Shown in pieces: positions 36,624-44,964 of a stretch of DNA of 64,000 bases (position 1 is the first letter of the stretch; the number at the start of each line of letters is the position of its first letter). The notes beneath the pieces were generated by a model. That model saw only the letters and a program-made list of their open reading frames with translations, did no database searches and was not told the DNA's origin. Origin of the DNA: a virus; the IMG/VR virus record IMGVR_UViG_3300045988_123818; one strand, 5' to 3'. A program made the position numbers and the translations under genes.

Positions 36624-37448
36624 TGCCTCATCGCTTCCTTATCCTCGCCATCATGCCCTAACCTCTCCAACACGTCAGCACTAACCTATCCTCCCATATC
36701 ACCCACCATGCCACATACCACTCATGCCACTATCGCCACCCCTCCACATCATCAAGAGCAATCATCTTTCCCTCGTTCTCTCTACCATGCGTCTACCAAA
36801 GCCACTTTGTAACCTCCTAACTCACTATCTATCAGTCATTTACCCCTTTGGGCTATGACCCCATGAGGGTCATGTTTCAATCGCTTCGATATTTTGGACG
36901 CATCTTAGACATGGCTATAGGGTGCACATAGAACAAGGGAAGAAGCCCAATACCCCAAAAGAAGCCTAAAAGGTCCTTAGTTGCGTCAAATTTACGGAGA
37001 ACAACAACATCTTTTTCCGTATTTCGTCATGTCACAATTTTTTACTTTCCCTCACCAATCCCTTTATCGGGCACTTAATACCAAAAACCGACATACAGAC
37101 TAATTTGTTTGGTCTAACCCCCGTAATTTTTGTGACCACCTAAAAGGATAGAGGAAATTTAGAACAACTCAAAGGCATATAGATGTACGCACGAAAAACC
37201 ACTTTTGTAACAAAAAAGTCAAAAGAAGACAAAACAAAGAGTTGCAAAGGTCAGTAAAAACGGCTTACAAGTCGGAAAAACACGGAAAAATCACAAAAAC
37301 ACGCCTTATACGCTCAATAATGCGCACAAAGCACCTCACCGCATAAACACAAAAAGCCACTCCTGTGAGGATAGAGTGACTTATATATATAATATAGGAT
37401 AAAAGGTGTTTATCTGTATTGGATAAAGGGAGAACAATGGGGAGATAA

Positions 37449-37465
37449 GGGAGGCTGCGCCTCCC
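37449..37465. repeat. GGGAGGC hairpin, copy 1
   Basis: gataaGGGAGGCtgcGCCTCCCaa, 43 nt downstream of the stop of the 37508 gene. Confidence 0.5.
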
Positions 37466-37507
37466 AAGGGCTGACGCCCTACCCTCCACTGAGGCTAACG
37501 CCCATTG

Positions 37508-37885
37508 CTATTTGCCAATATTTCTTTCGAGTCTATACACGTATTTCTGGAATGAAATATAACTGTCGTATTCTTTCCCTAATGGTCCGATTATTTTTAA
37601 AAACCAAAAAAGGGCAATCAAAAATACAGCACAATACAACATATTACATATATATGATATAAAATTGTTTCCAATTATTAGTTTGCTTATGTATTTAGGG
37701 ATAAATGTGAAATAACACATTGTAAACGCAATAGCTAAAGCCACTATAACAATACCCAACAAAGCACGTAAGCAGTAATGAAATGTGTATATCATTCCAT
37801 TGTCTTGCACGCTTTCACAAAAGATAAGGAACAGATACACAAGGAACACTATTGCACATACGATACCTAATATTTTCCACTTCAT
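37508..37885 (-). CDS. 4-TM membrane protein (125 aa, AT-rich)
   Basis: Four hydrophobic segments. ATGA overlap with the upstream HTH gene. Confidence 0.65.
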   Translation of the reverse strand: MKWKILGIVCAIVFLVYLFLIFCESVQDNGMIYTFHYCLRALLGIVIVALAIAFTMCYFTFIPKYISKLIIGNNFISYICNMLYCAVFLIALFWFLKIIGPLGKEYDSYISFQKYVYRLERNIGK

Positions 37886-38175
37886 TTCGATATACTTCTT
37901 ATTTCTTCCACGATTGTATTGAACTCCTCCAGAGAATCAGCCGTGTAATGGATGCCCTTGAAGCGCACGAAGGCTGCAAAGTCGCTGTCTTTCTCTTCTT
38001 CGAACAGTTCACCGATTCTGCAACCTATGGCAGCAGCAAACTTCTCAGCAGTAGAAACACGCATGTCGTTTTTATCATTCAGCAGTCTATTAACTGATAC
38101 ACGATTTATGCCAAGACGTTTTGCAATCTCGTCTTGTGTTATACCATATCTCTTTAATACTTCTTTTATTCTCAT
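37882..38175 (-). CDS. XRE-family HTH transcriptional regulator
   Basis: ITQDEIAKRLGINRVSVNRLLND is a canonical HTH_3 pattern. It is divergent from the early operon. Confidence 0.8.
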   Translation of the reverse strand: MRIKEVLKRYGITQDEIAKRLGINRVSVNRLLNDKNDMRVSTAEKFAAAIGCRIGELFEEEKDSDFAAFVRFKGIHYTADSLEEFNTIVEEIRSISK

Positions 38176-38187
38176 ACTGTGATTTTA

Positions 38188-38369
38188 ATACGTTACATTA
38201 TTATTGCTACAAATTTACTGATTATAATTCATATGTAGTATTATTACGTTAATATCTTAACAAGTTTTAAACCGATATACGTTACTTTGTTACTTTGGTT
38301 AAGTAACGTTAATTAGTTACATTTTCTCGGCTAAAAACTTGCTTATGTAACATATATACGTTACCTTTG
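38188..38369. promoter_or_regulatory. operator/promoter array with ATACGTTAC boxes and two -7 boxes
   Basis: ATACGTTAC at 38188, 38277 and 38356. An inverted GTAACGT at 38303. TACCTTTG (+) at 38362-38369. TAAATTTG (-) at 38210-38217. Confidence 0.55.
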
Positions 38370-38425
38370 TAAGCGTAATCAAGAGATTGCATCAACATTA
38401 ATATTAACAATTTAAACATACAATT

Positions 38426-38755
38426 ATGGAAATCTACAAAATTAAGAGAAACGGATGCGAGGTAAATGTAATATTTACAGGAAAGCAATACATCTTCCAC
38501 AACTCATACTTCGGTATACTCGCTGTGGCAACACGAAAAGGCTATAAGGATGAAGAAATGCACACCTTTATTCTTGAGTACGGAGACGAAAACACGTTAG
38601 GAGGTTCATTTGGTGGTAGCTATTGCGAAACAATGGCAAAGCAGTTCATCAACAAGACAGAATCACAATACGTGAAGTGTAAAACTTATTACGAAGTTGT
38701 GGAAGTTGACGTGAACAGAAAATATTATGTAGATATATTGGCAAAGGAACGCTAA
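38426..38755 (+). CDS. hypothetical protein (109 aa)
   Basis: First ORF of the early plus-strand operon, with the conserved leader. Confidence 0.7.
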   Translation: MEIYKIKRNGCEVNVIFTGKQYIFHNSYFGILAVATRKGYKDEEMHTFILEYGDENTLGGSFGGSYCETMAKQFINKTESQYVKCKTYYEVVEVDVNRKYYVDILAKER

Positions 38756-38804
38756 CAACCATCCGTGAGCGACAGGCGCACATCGGGTTCGAGACCCGAC
38801 ACGG
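38756..38804 (+). ncRNA. structured post-stop RNA motif, copy 1
   Basis: The stop codon is followed by CAACCATCCGT. P1 is ccgtg/cacgg, then a 15-nt bulge, then P2 tcgggt/acccga. Confidence 0.35.
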
Positions 38805-38828
38805 CACTAACTTTTAAAACATACAGAT

Positions 38829-38984
38829 ATGATAACATTAGCACAAGAGATTTGTTGTTTAGATTGCAAATATGCGCACTTCTATTTCAGCAACATTAAT
38901 TCTTGCTTTGACAAGATAGTTTGTCAAGCTAACGGCAACCCAAACGGATGGAGCGGTTGTAGTAGATATTCAACAAAACATTAA
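38829..38984 (+). CDS. Cys-rich mini-protein (51 aa)
   Basis: Falls below the ORF-track cutoff. Preceded by AAAACATACAGAT-ATG. Contains 6 Cys. Confidence 0.45.
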   Translation: MITLAQEICCLDCKYAHFYFSNINSCFDKIVCQANGNPNGWSGCSRYSTKH

Positions 38985-39003
38985 CCCCTAAAACATTACA
39001 GAT

Positions 39004-39255
39004 ATGAAACAGAGTGCATATTTAGGCTTTAGTTATGATAATTGTAGCACAACAAGGAAGCTCAAAAGCAAGACCCTTAAGGGTATGTTCGCTGAAGCCA
39101 AGAGAATAGTAGACAAGTACAACAAGGTCGGTTGTCTGAAGATAACCTTACATTATGGTGTATACCTCGCACCTGTACCAAGATATGCGGGAGACTGCAA
39201 ATTTATGGAGTTTACTTTGTACGACCGCAAGGAAGAAGAGAGAATACGACACTAA
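39004..39255 (+). CDS. hypothetical protein (83 aa)
   Basis: ORF with the conserved leader AAAACATTACAGAT-ATG. Confidence 0.65.
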   Translation: MKQSAYLGFSYDNCSTTRKLKSKTLKGMFAEAKRIVDKYNKVGCLKITLHYGVYLAPVPRYAGDCKFMEFTLYDRKEEERIRH

Positions 39256-39268
39256 AAACATTACAGAT

Positions 39269-39358
39269 ATGATAGAACTTATAATTGTAGTTATGGTTGC
39301 CTCCTATGTAGCGGGTATATATGTAGGTAGACATTGGAGAGAGTTTACACAAGAATAA
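39269..39358 (+). CDS. 29-aa single-TM peptide
   Basis: Has the same conserved leader. It is the C-terminal part of track ORF 39155..39358, whose 5-prime part overlaps the previous gene. Confidence 0.35.
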   Translation: MIELIIVVMVASYVAGIYVGRHWREFTQE

Positions 39359-39370
39359 ATCGGAAGATAA

Positions 39371-39388
39371 GGGAGGCAGCAGCCTCCC
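39371..39388. repeat. GGGAGGC hairpin, copy 2
   Basis: gataaGGGAGGCagcaGCCTCCCaa, 13 nt after a stop codon. Confidence 0.5.
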
Positions 39389-39412
39389 AACGCTTCGCCT
39401 AACTTAAATCTC

Positions 39413-39604
39413 ATGGCACAGAAGACAAGAGTAGTTAATCTTACACCAATAGACGCTATACTATTGCGCAATGTCTTTAATTGCTATATCGACAACAAGC
39501 GCAAGCAGCTACAGCGTAAGAACCTCGCACCGATAACACGAAGGTTTATTGATGATGATATTGAATGTATAACAGAACTCATGACAAAAATCTTTAACAA
39601 ATGA
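39413..39604 (+). CDS. hypothetical protein (63 aa)
   Basis: ORF with an ATGA overlap onto the next gene. Confidence 0.6.
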   Translation: MAQKTRVVNLTPIDAILLRNVFNCYIDNKRKQLQRKNLAPITRRFIDDDIECITELMTKIFNK

Positions 39605-39825
39605 ACAAGTTATTAGTATCAGCACTGATAGCAAGCACATCGCTTGCAATCGTAACAACAAAGAAAGCAGTAGACGCAGAGTACGATAGAGCACAGATTA
39701 AAGAAGATGTACGCCTACTTATGAACGATATTGAAGAGTATGGAGACATCGATACTTATACAGGTTCAGACCACTTCGAACGTCTGTACGAATGGTCGCA
39801 CAATCTTAAAAACAAAGAACAATGA
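39601..39825 (+). CDS. hypothetical protein with an N-terminal signal or TM segment (74 aa)
   Basis: Hydrophobic N-terminus. Overlap-coupled to both neighbours. Confidence 0.6.
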   Translation: MNKLLVSALIASTSLAIVTTKKAVDAEYDRAQIKEDVRLLMNDIEEYGDIDTYTGSDHFERLYEWSHNLKNKEQ

Positions 39826-40061
39826 TTGAAGAAGTAAAAATCAATGGCACACCCTTTTTTGTGGGTTTGGCAGATGTGTACGGTGGAAAGATGTGGTTCA
39901 TCTGCAAATGGTATCTTGACAACGAACCATCCACTCGTAAATTCTGGACTAAGAAGGAACTCGAAGACCACTTGCGCACAATACCGAACAAAATTATCAA
40001 GCGTGAGCTACTCACAATGTTACACAAGCTACACGGCAGAGCAGTCTGTTACGCACGTTAG
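39822..40061 (+). CDS. hypothetical protein (79 aa)
   Basis: Coupled ORF. Confidence 0.65.
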   Translation: MIEEVKINGTPFFVGLADVYGGKMWFICKWYLDNEPSTRKFWTKKELEDHLRTIPNKIIKRELLTMLHKLHGRAVCYAR

Positions 40062-40110
40062 CAACCATCCGTTGGGGATAGAAACCATATCGGAGCGACA
40101 CCGACAACGG
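40062..40110 (+). ncRNA. structured post-stop RNA motif, copy 2
   Basis: The stop codon is followed by CAACCATCCGT. P1 is ccgttg/caacgg, then a 15-nt bulge, then P2 tcgg/ccga. Confidence 0.35.
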
Positions 40111-40138
40111 AGCAATATAAACTTTAAACATTACAATT

Positions 40139-40486
40139 ATGAAGACAAGCATTATCCCCTGTCCTATCAACGAGAAGGACTTATGTAGCGACACCCTATT
40201 TGACGGTCTATTTGATAATAGTCAGTATGTGGAGCGAGGAAACAGATATGTCGGTTTTATCTGTGATAATATCGCCAAGGTTGAGTATAACAACAACTTC
40301 GTTCACATGTCATTCGAAAACTCTCTACACGATAGAGAGGCAAAGCAAATCGAAGAGTGGGCACGTGAGATAGAAGACAGCTACAACGAAAATCTGATAG
40401 ACGAAGATGTACGGTTAAATGTACGCTTTAAAGTCTTTGCGAAGTCTTGCGATGTATACATCGAATATATCATCAACGAGAAGTAA
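40139..40486 (+). CDS. hypothetical protein (115 aa)
   Basis: ORF with the conserved leader. Confidence 0.65.
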   Translation: MKTSIIPCPINEKDLCSDTLFDGLFDNSQYVERGNRYVGFICDNIAKVEYNNNFVHMSFENSLHDREAKQIEEWAREIEDSYNENLIDEDVRLNVRFKVFAKSCDVYIEYIINEK

Positions 40487-40578
40487 CCCCACACAGGCTG
40501 AATGTGGTTCAAGCCACTCCACTTCGATGCAAGGTCGGAGCAGCCACCAATATTAACAACAATTTAAATCATACTATT

Positions 40579-40767
40579 ATGGCAAAGTACAAAGTATTGG
40601 TTATTGAAACCTTAAGCAAAGAGGTTGTTATCGAGGCTAATAGCGCAAAAGAGGCAAAGGCTATCGCTAACGATATACGCAGCAAAGGAGAGCTAATCCT
40701 TACGGCTGATGATTTTGATAACTTCTCAATCCATTGTTGGGAAACTTGTAAAATTAACGAAAAATAG
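40579..40767 (+). CDS. DpnD/PcfM-like small protein (62 aa)
   Basis: MAKYKVLVIETLSKEVVIEANSAKEA...LTADDFDNF fits the family pattern as I recall it. The track ORF start at 40447 was rejected. Confidence 0.55.
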   Translation: MAKYKVLVIETLSKEVVIEANSAKEAKAIANDIRSKGELILTADDFDNFSIHCWETCKINEK

Positions 40768-40774
40768 AAACACT

Positions 40775-41143
40775 ATGACATTACAGGAATATCTTGAAAC
40801 TAAGTTGGGTGAAATGGCAAGCCAAGACCCAAACTTCCGTGAGCGTTACGAGGACAAGAAGAAATCTATGACCAATTGCCTCTGTTATGTCACTCAACAG
40901 GCACGCAAACAAGCGATAAAGGGTTGTGCTGCAATTTCCGACGAAGACGTTTTGCAGATGGCTGTCCACTATTACCAAGAGAAGGACGTCAATCCAACCA
41001 ATGACACCCCAAAGGCTAAGGTAGTGGCAGCAGCACCCAAGCAAGAAAAACCGCAGCCAGTACTTATCCCCAAGCCACAACCCAAGAAAAAGGCTAAGAA
41101 AGTAGACAACTCATTACAACTTGATTTATTTGGAGAATTTTAA
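40775..41143 (+). CDS. PcfK-like protein (122 aa)
   Basis: Contains C..YV...A, D.DV...AVHYY.E, a Pro/Lys linker and a terminal LQLDLFGEF. The family match is recalled, not searched. Confidence 0.55.
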   Translation: MTLQEYLETKLGEMASQDPNFRERYEDKKKSMTNCLCYVTQQARKQAIKGCAAISDEDVLQMAVHYYQEKDVNPTNDTPKAKVVAAAPKQEKPQPVLIPKPQPKKKAKKVDNSLQLDLFGEF

Positions 41144-41144
41144 C

Positions 41145-42341
41145 ATGAAACCACGCAATAAGATAGAACAAGAGGTCGTTAACCTCTCACACAAGTTAGG
41201 CGAGATAGGCAAGCGAGACAACGCTCGCCTAATCCGCAACACATACGGCTCTTGCAAGTACGAGGATATGTACAACCGATGCTATGCCGTTATCAACCAG
41301 TCTTACAAAGGTTGGCAAGTGCTCAGATATTTCTGTATCGACCGTCACGGCAAGCGTGATATTTCCTATAGCACATGGGAGGTGTTCCAACTTTGGAACA
41401 AGGTAGGCGAAAAGCAGATACTTATAGCACGTCAGAGAGCGTTCCATTATTACGTAGACGCTTTTCTCCTTTCCTCCCCAATGGAGATACGGCAAAATCC
41501 AAAATACTGCGCATCGTGGCTGCACTTCACCGACGTAGGCTTTTCCTATATGTACGACAAGTCCATCGACGGCACATACAAGTATTGCGACAGCCTTATT
41601 CTTGCAACTGAGCGCAAGCAATGGTATCGTTTCCTGTCCGTAGACAAGTTTGCCGAGACAATCCTTAAGCAGCGTCACGAACTTGCCGAGTACATGCTTA
41701 CTAACAACATACTTGACAAGGAATACATGAAAGCCGTGCGCATTATGTTCCGCCACAACTATGTGCCAATGAACGAAGGGCACACGGCATACAATCTCTA
41801 CTTCGACATGCTACAGAACATGAAGTATATAGGATGCGACCTCTCTAACCCTCATTTCGTGTGTCCCGATAATCTCATGCACACGCACGACTGGGCATTG
41901 CACGCTCGTCAGGCTCTCGAAGCCAAGCGCAAGACCAAAGCCGAGCACGAAGAGGAGATACAGCGCATCAAGCGTGCTATGGACAAAAACGAGAAGTACA
42001 TCAAGGCTCGTAGCTGCTTCTTCGACATGACCATCAGCGACAATCTAATCACGTGTCACGTCCTACAGTCGGTAGACGAGTTCTACGAGGAAGGCACAGC
42101 GATGCACCATTGTGTATACGCTAATAGGTATTACGAAAAGCAGAACTCACTCATTCTTTCCGCTCGCATCGACGACAAGCGTATTGAGACAGTAGAGGTA
42201 GACCTTAAGCAGATGAAGGTTGTTCAGTGTTATGGTGCTTGCGACAAGTTCACGCTCTATCACGACCGCATTGTCAATCTCGTCAACAACAACATGAATA
42301 TGATTAAACAATGTCTAACATCTAAACAAATAGCAATATGA
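41145..42341 (+). CDS. PcfJ-like protein (398 aa)
   Basis: C-terminal GTAMHHCVYANRYY...ETVEVDL...VVQCYG motif. Adjacent to the PcfK-like gene. Confidence 0.55.
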   Translation: MKPRNKIEQEVVNLSHKLGEIGKRDNARLIRNTYGSCKYEDMYNRCYAVINQSYKGWQVLRYFCIDRHGKRDISYSTWEVFQLWNKVGEKQILIARQRAFHYYVDAFLLSSPMEIRQNPKYCASWLHFTDVGFSYMYDKSIDGTYKYCDSLILATERKQWYRFLSVDKFAETILKQRHELAEYMLTNNILDKEYMKAVRIMFRHNYVPMNEGHTAYNLYFDMLQNMKYIGCDLSNPHFVCPDNLMHTHDWALHARQALEAKRKTKAEHEEEIQRIKRAMDKNEKYIKARSCFFDMTISDNLITCHVLQSVDEFYEEGTAMHHCVYANRYYEKQNSLILSARIDDKRIETVEVDLKQMKVVQCYGACDKFTLYHDRIVNLVNNNMNMIKQCLTSKQIAI

Positions 42342-42739
42342 CAAGACAAGAAATCTACAAGTCACGATTCCGCACACTTACCACGGCTGAGAAGAAACGT
42401 ATTCTCAGCCGACTCTTCCCAGATGGCTACATCGAATGCAAGGACAATATCCCCGACGAGCAGACTTTTGCCGGTTACACCGAGGATTACGGACTCATTG
42501 AAGTCAGATTTTCCCTGTTTGACAGCCGTATAGACATATCTCGTGAGTTCGACACCGAAAGGACAAAATGGCTGTTCATCAACGACATCACCAACAGGGC
42601 ACTCGCTAAGGATAACGTCTATGCCAGGAACTCATCACAATTGTTTCCGTTCGACGACAATTCCCACTACTTTGTAGCGGACATGAACGAGCACAAGTTT
42701 TTCATCGGACTAAACCAAAACAAATCACAAGCAATTTAA
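42338..42739 (+). CDS. hypothetical protein (133 aa)
   Basis: ATGA-coupled ORF. Confidence 0.7.
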   Translation: MTRQEIYKSRFRTLTTAEKKRILSRLFPDGYIECKDNIPDEQTFAGYTEDYGLIEVRFSLFDSRIDISREFDTERTKWLFINDITNRALAKDNVYARNSSQLFPFDDNSHYFVADMNEHKFFIGLNQNKSQAI

Positions 42740-42751
42740 AACAATACAATT

Positions 42752-43021
42752 ATGAAAAAGAAATTCACATTTTTCTTCCCTATGTCGGGAGAGACCATAA
42801 CAAAAGAGTTTAACCTACTCGCAGTAAAGGACGCTACAGTAAAATATCTCCGCAAGCAGTCGGAGGTTCGTGGGGACATTTGCCTTGTGTCTGACGAGAA
42901 AGGCGAAATCGTGGCAATGGCGCACATCGACGACAACATGAAGGTAAAGTTCTTCATCGAGGATAATTCAGTCTCAGACATCAAAGCCATAGGGGATATT
43001 TCCCTTGAAGCCAACGCCTAA
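42752..43021 (+). CDS. hypothetical protein (89 aa)
   Basis: ORF with the conserved leader. Confidence 0.65.
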   Translation: MKKKFTFFFPMSGETITKEFNLLAVKDATVKYLRKQSEVRGDICLVSDEKGEIVAMAHIDDNMKVKFFIEDNSVSDIKAIGDISLEANA

Positions 43022-43142
43022 CCGTAAATTTTTATTAACTTTGCAAAACAGAAAGGAGGAATCCATTATGAACGCTAAAGAATGGTGCATAGTAATAGTA
43101 TTTATCTTAGCTTTGATACTTGCCTGTTAGGGCATAACCAAT

Positions 43143-43176
43143 GGCGAGTCATGACAATCTTGTGGCTCGCCTTTTC
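43143..43176 (+). terminator. rho-independent terminator
   Basis: ggcgag pairs with ctcgcc, followed by ttttcttt. A 19-aa TM mini-ORF (43068-43127) with an AAAGGAGGA sequence lies just upstream. Confidence 0.5.
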
Positions 43177-43202
43177 TTTCAACACCAAACACACTTAATC
43201 AT

Positions 43203-43901
43203 ATGAAATCAATAATAGTAATATACGACGACCTCTTCGAACTCGACCGCACCGAAGTAGCCTATCAAGGCGAGACGCAACTGAAGTCAATCGTCAAGTC
43301 GCTCATGGCTGATTATCCCGAGAGCGAGAAGGCAGAAGTCTACAACAAGATTACCCAATCTCTCGTTTATGCTTACAGACGTGACAGCAAAGGCAATGTC
43401 TACGAGATAGAACGATACGTCCCCAAGCGACCGAGCCGACCAAGAGCCACTATGACACCCGACCCCAAGTTTCCAAAACGCATGACCTTTTGGATGAACG
43501 ATGCAGTATACGACCGCCTTGACAATCTGAGAGGACACAGAGCTTCCTTCGTGCGCAAGGCAGTAGAGGAGAAACTTGAGCGAGATGGCGACCCGCTGCC
43601 TATTGACCCATGCCCCAAAGTAGAAGGACACCCCGACCGTCGCTATCATCGTTTGTTCAAGTCGCTACCTCCAACATTACGCACATACGATGCACGTGAG
43701 ACCTACCGCTCACCGCTCACCATCACCAAGACCCCCGAAAATCTATGGCGAGTCTCCTATGGCGAATACTCCACCCTACAAGGCGCACCTTCTACCGAGA
43801 ACAAAGACTTGCTTTCGGCTCTCGAATGGCTTGATATTTGGCTCAAAAAATACGGCAACAAGTGGATCGTCGGCAAAGTGATAAAGGATGAGGAGAAATA
43901 A
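43203..43901 (+). CDS. protein with a central ribbon-helix-helix-like segment (232 aa)
   Basis: MTFWMNDAVYDRLDNLRGHRASFVRKAVEEKLER resembles the CopG/Arc pattern. Confidence 0.6.
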   Translation: MKSIIVIYDDLFELDRTEVAYQGETQLKSIVKSLMADYPESEKAEVYNKITQSLVYAYRRDSKGNVYEIERYVPKRPSRPRATMTPDPKFPKRMTFWMNDAVYDRLDNLRGHRASFVRKAVEEKLERDGDPLPIDPCPKVEGHPDRRYHRLFKSLPPTLRTYDARETYRSPLTITKTPENLWRVSYGEYSTLQGAPSTENKDLLSALEWLDIWLKKYGNKWIVGKVIKDEEK

Positions 43902-43919
43902 TCTCCTTATCCTTTTTTT
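43884..43919 (+). terminator. rho-independent terminator
   Basis: aaggatgaggaga pairs with tctccttatcctt (13 bp with one G-U pair), followed by a T7 run. Confidence 0.6.
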
Positions 43920-44024
43920 AATACATATCAAGAAAAACGTGCATTTGTTTACAAAATCTTTCTAAAATCTTTCATTTTATTATTATTTTCGCTATATTTA
44001 CGTTTTTTCTAAAACAATAAGGTT

Positions 44025-44495
44025 ATGAAAGAGTTACCAAAACAAACAACAGCAGAGGTGAGCGTAATACTCAACCGCTCAATTTTCTTCTTCTATTCTA
44101 AGGCTCTTCGATACGTGCCTGTTTCCCTCATGCTCTGTCATTGGTATGGAGTATACAGTTTTCACGACAATCCACGCGAGATACTCATAGACATTCGTGA
44201 GAACGAGGAATGTATAGCCTATCTCTACTTCATGGTCTACATCTTCCCCGTTGTCTTCATGCTCCCTGCAAGTCACTTTTTTAAGCTATGTTGGATATGG
44301 CGCATACCGTTCACCTACATCATTGGCACAAATGCCATACGGCTCTATTACGGCTCATGGCTCATAACTAACGAAATGTACGATGCCGACTTCATCCTTA
44401 TCCTCATGACCTTGGCTCTGTATGTCTGTGCCATCGTACAGGTGACATGCCGCATCTTCCGACGCAACAGAACGTCTAACACTAAAACCAAATAA
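44025..44495 (+). CDS. multi-TM membrane protein (156 aa)
   Basis: At least four hydrophobic segments. Confidence 0.65.
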   Translation: MKELPKQTTAEVSVILNRSIFFFYSKALRYVPVSLMLCHWYGVYSFHDNPREILIDIRENEECIAYLYFMVYIFPVVFMLPASHFFKLCWIWRIPFTYIIGTNAIRLYYGSWLITNEMYDADFILILMTLALYVCAIVQVTCRIFRRNRTSNTKTK

Positions 44496-44497
44496 CT

Positions 44498-44962
44498 ATG
44501 AATGTACGCAACTTACTTGCTGACGCTTTCGATAGCGCAGCTTCACGCATCCGCAACAACTCTTGCGGAATGACAGACCAGGAGATGGAGTCTGCTCTTC
44601 ACAAAATGCTCTATCTGCTCGACTCCGACCACCATTTCAACGAAGACAACGCACGTGCTGCCATCGCACGTATGTACTACTTCTGTGACGACACGCACAA
44701 ATGCTATGCTCCGTTCTTTGCATACGAGGAGATAAAGGCAGCTTACGACAAGATGCAGCCGACCTTGCCCGACGATTACAATTTCTGGGACTTTTGTGTT
44801 ACCGTCAACCTCATGTACTCAAACCACATCGAAACACTCCGCTCATGGTTTCGTGACCGCAGCCGACTACTACAGAAGTCATGCGAGTTAGCACGAAGCT
44901 TCCTCCTTGACGAGGACACCGACCACCCAACAGACAAGATTTGGTGGTATGTAAATTCTTAA
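44498..44962 (+). CDS. hypothetical protein (154 aa)
   Basis: Packed ORF. Confidence 0.7.
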   Translation: MNVRNLLADAFDSAASRIRNNSCGMTDQEMESALHKMLYLLDSDHHFNEDNARAAIARMYYFCDDTHKCYAPFFAYEEIKAAYDKMQPTLPDDYNFWDFCVTVNLMYSNHIETLRSWFRDRSRLLQKSCELARSFLLDEDTDHPTDKIWWYVNS

Positions 44963-44964
44963 TC

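Noticed and set aside
37265-37489. The 74-aa minus-strand ORF in the ORF-free hub.
   Set aside because: It overlaps the GGGAGGC hairpin, has no start context and is of low complexity. It is more likely non-coding.
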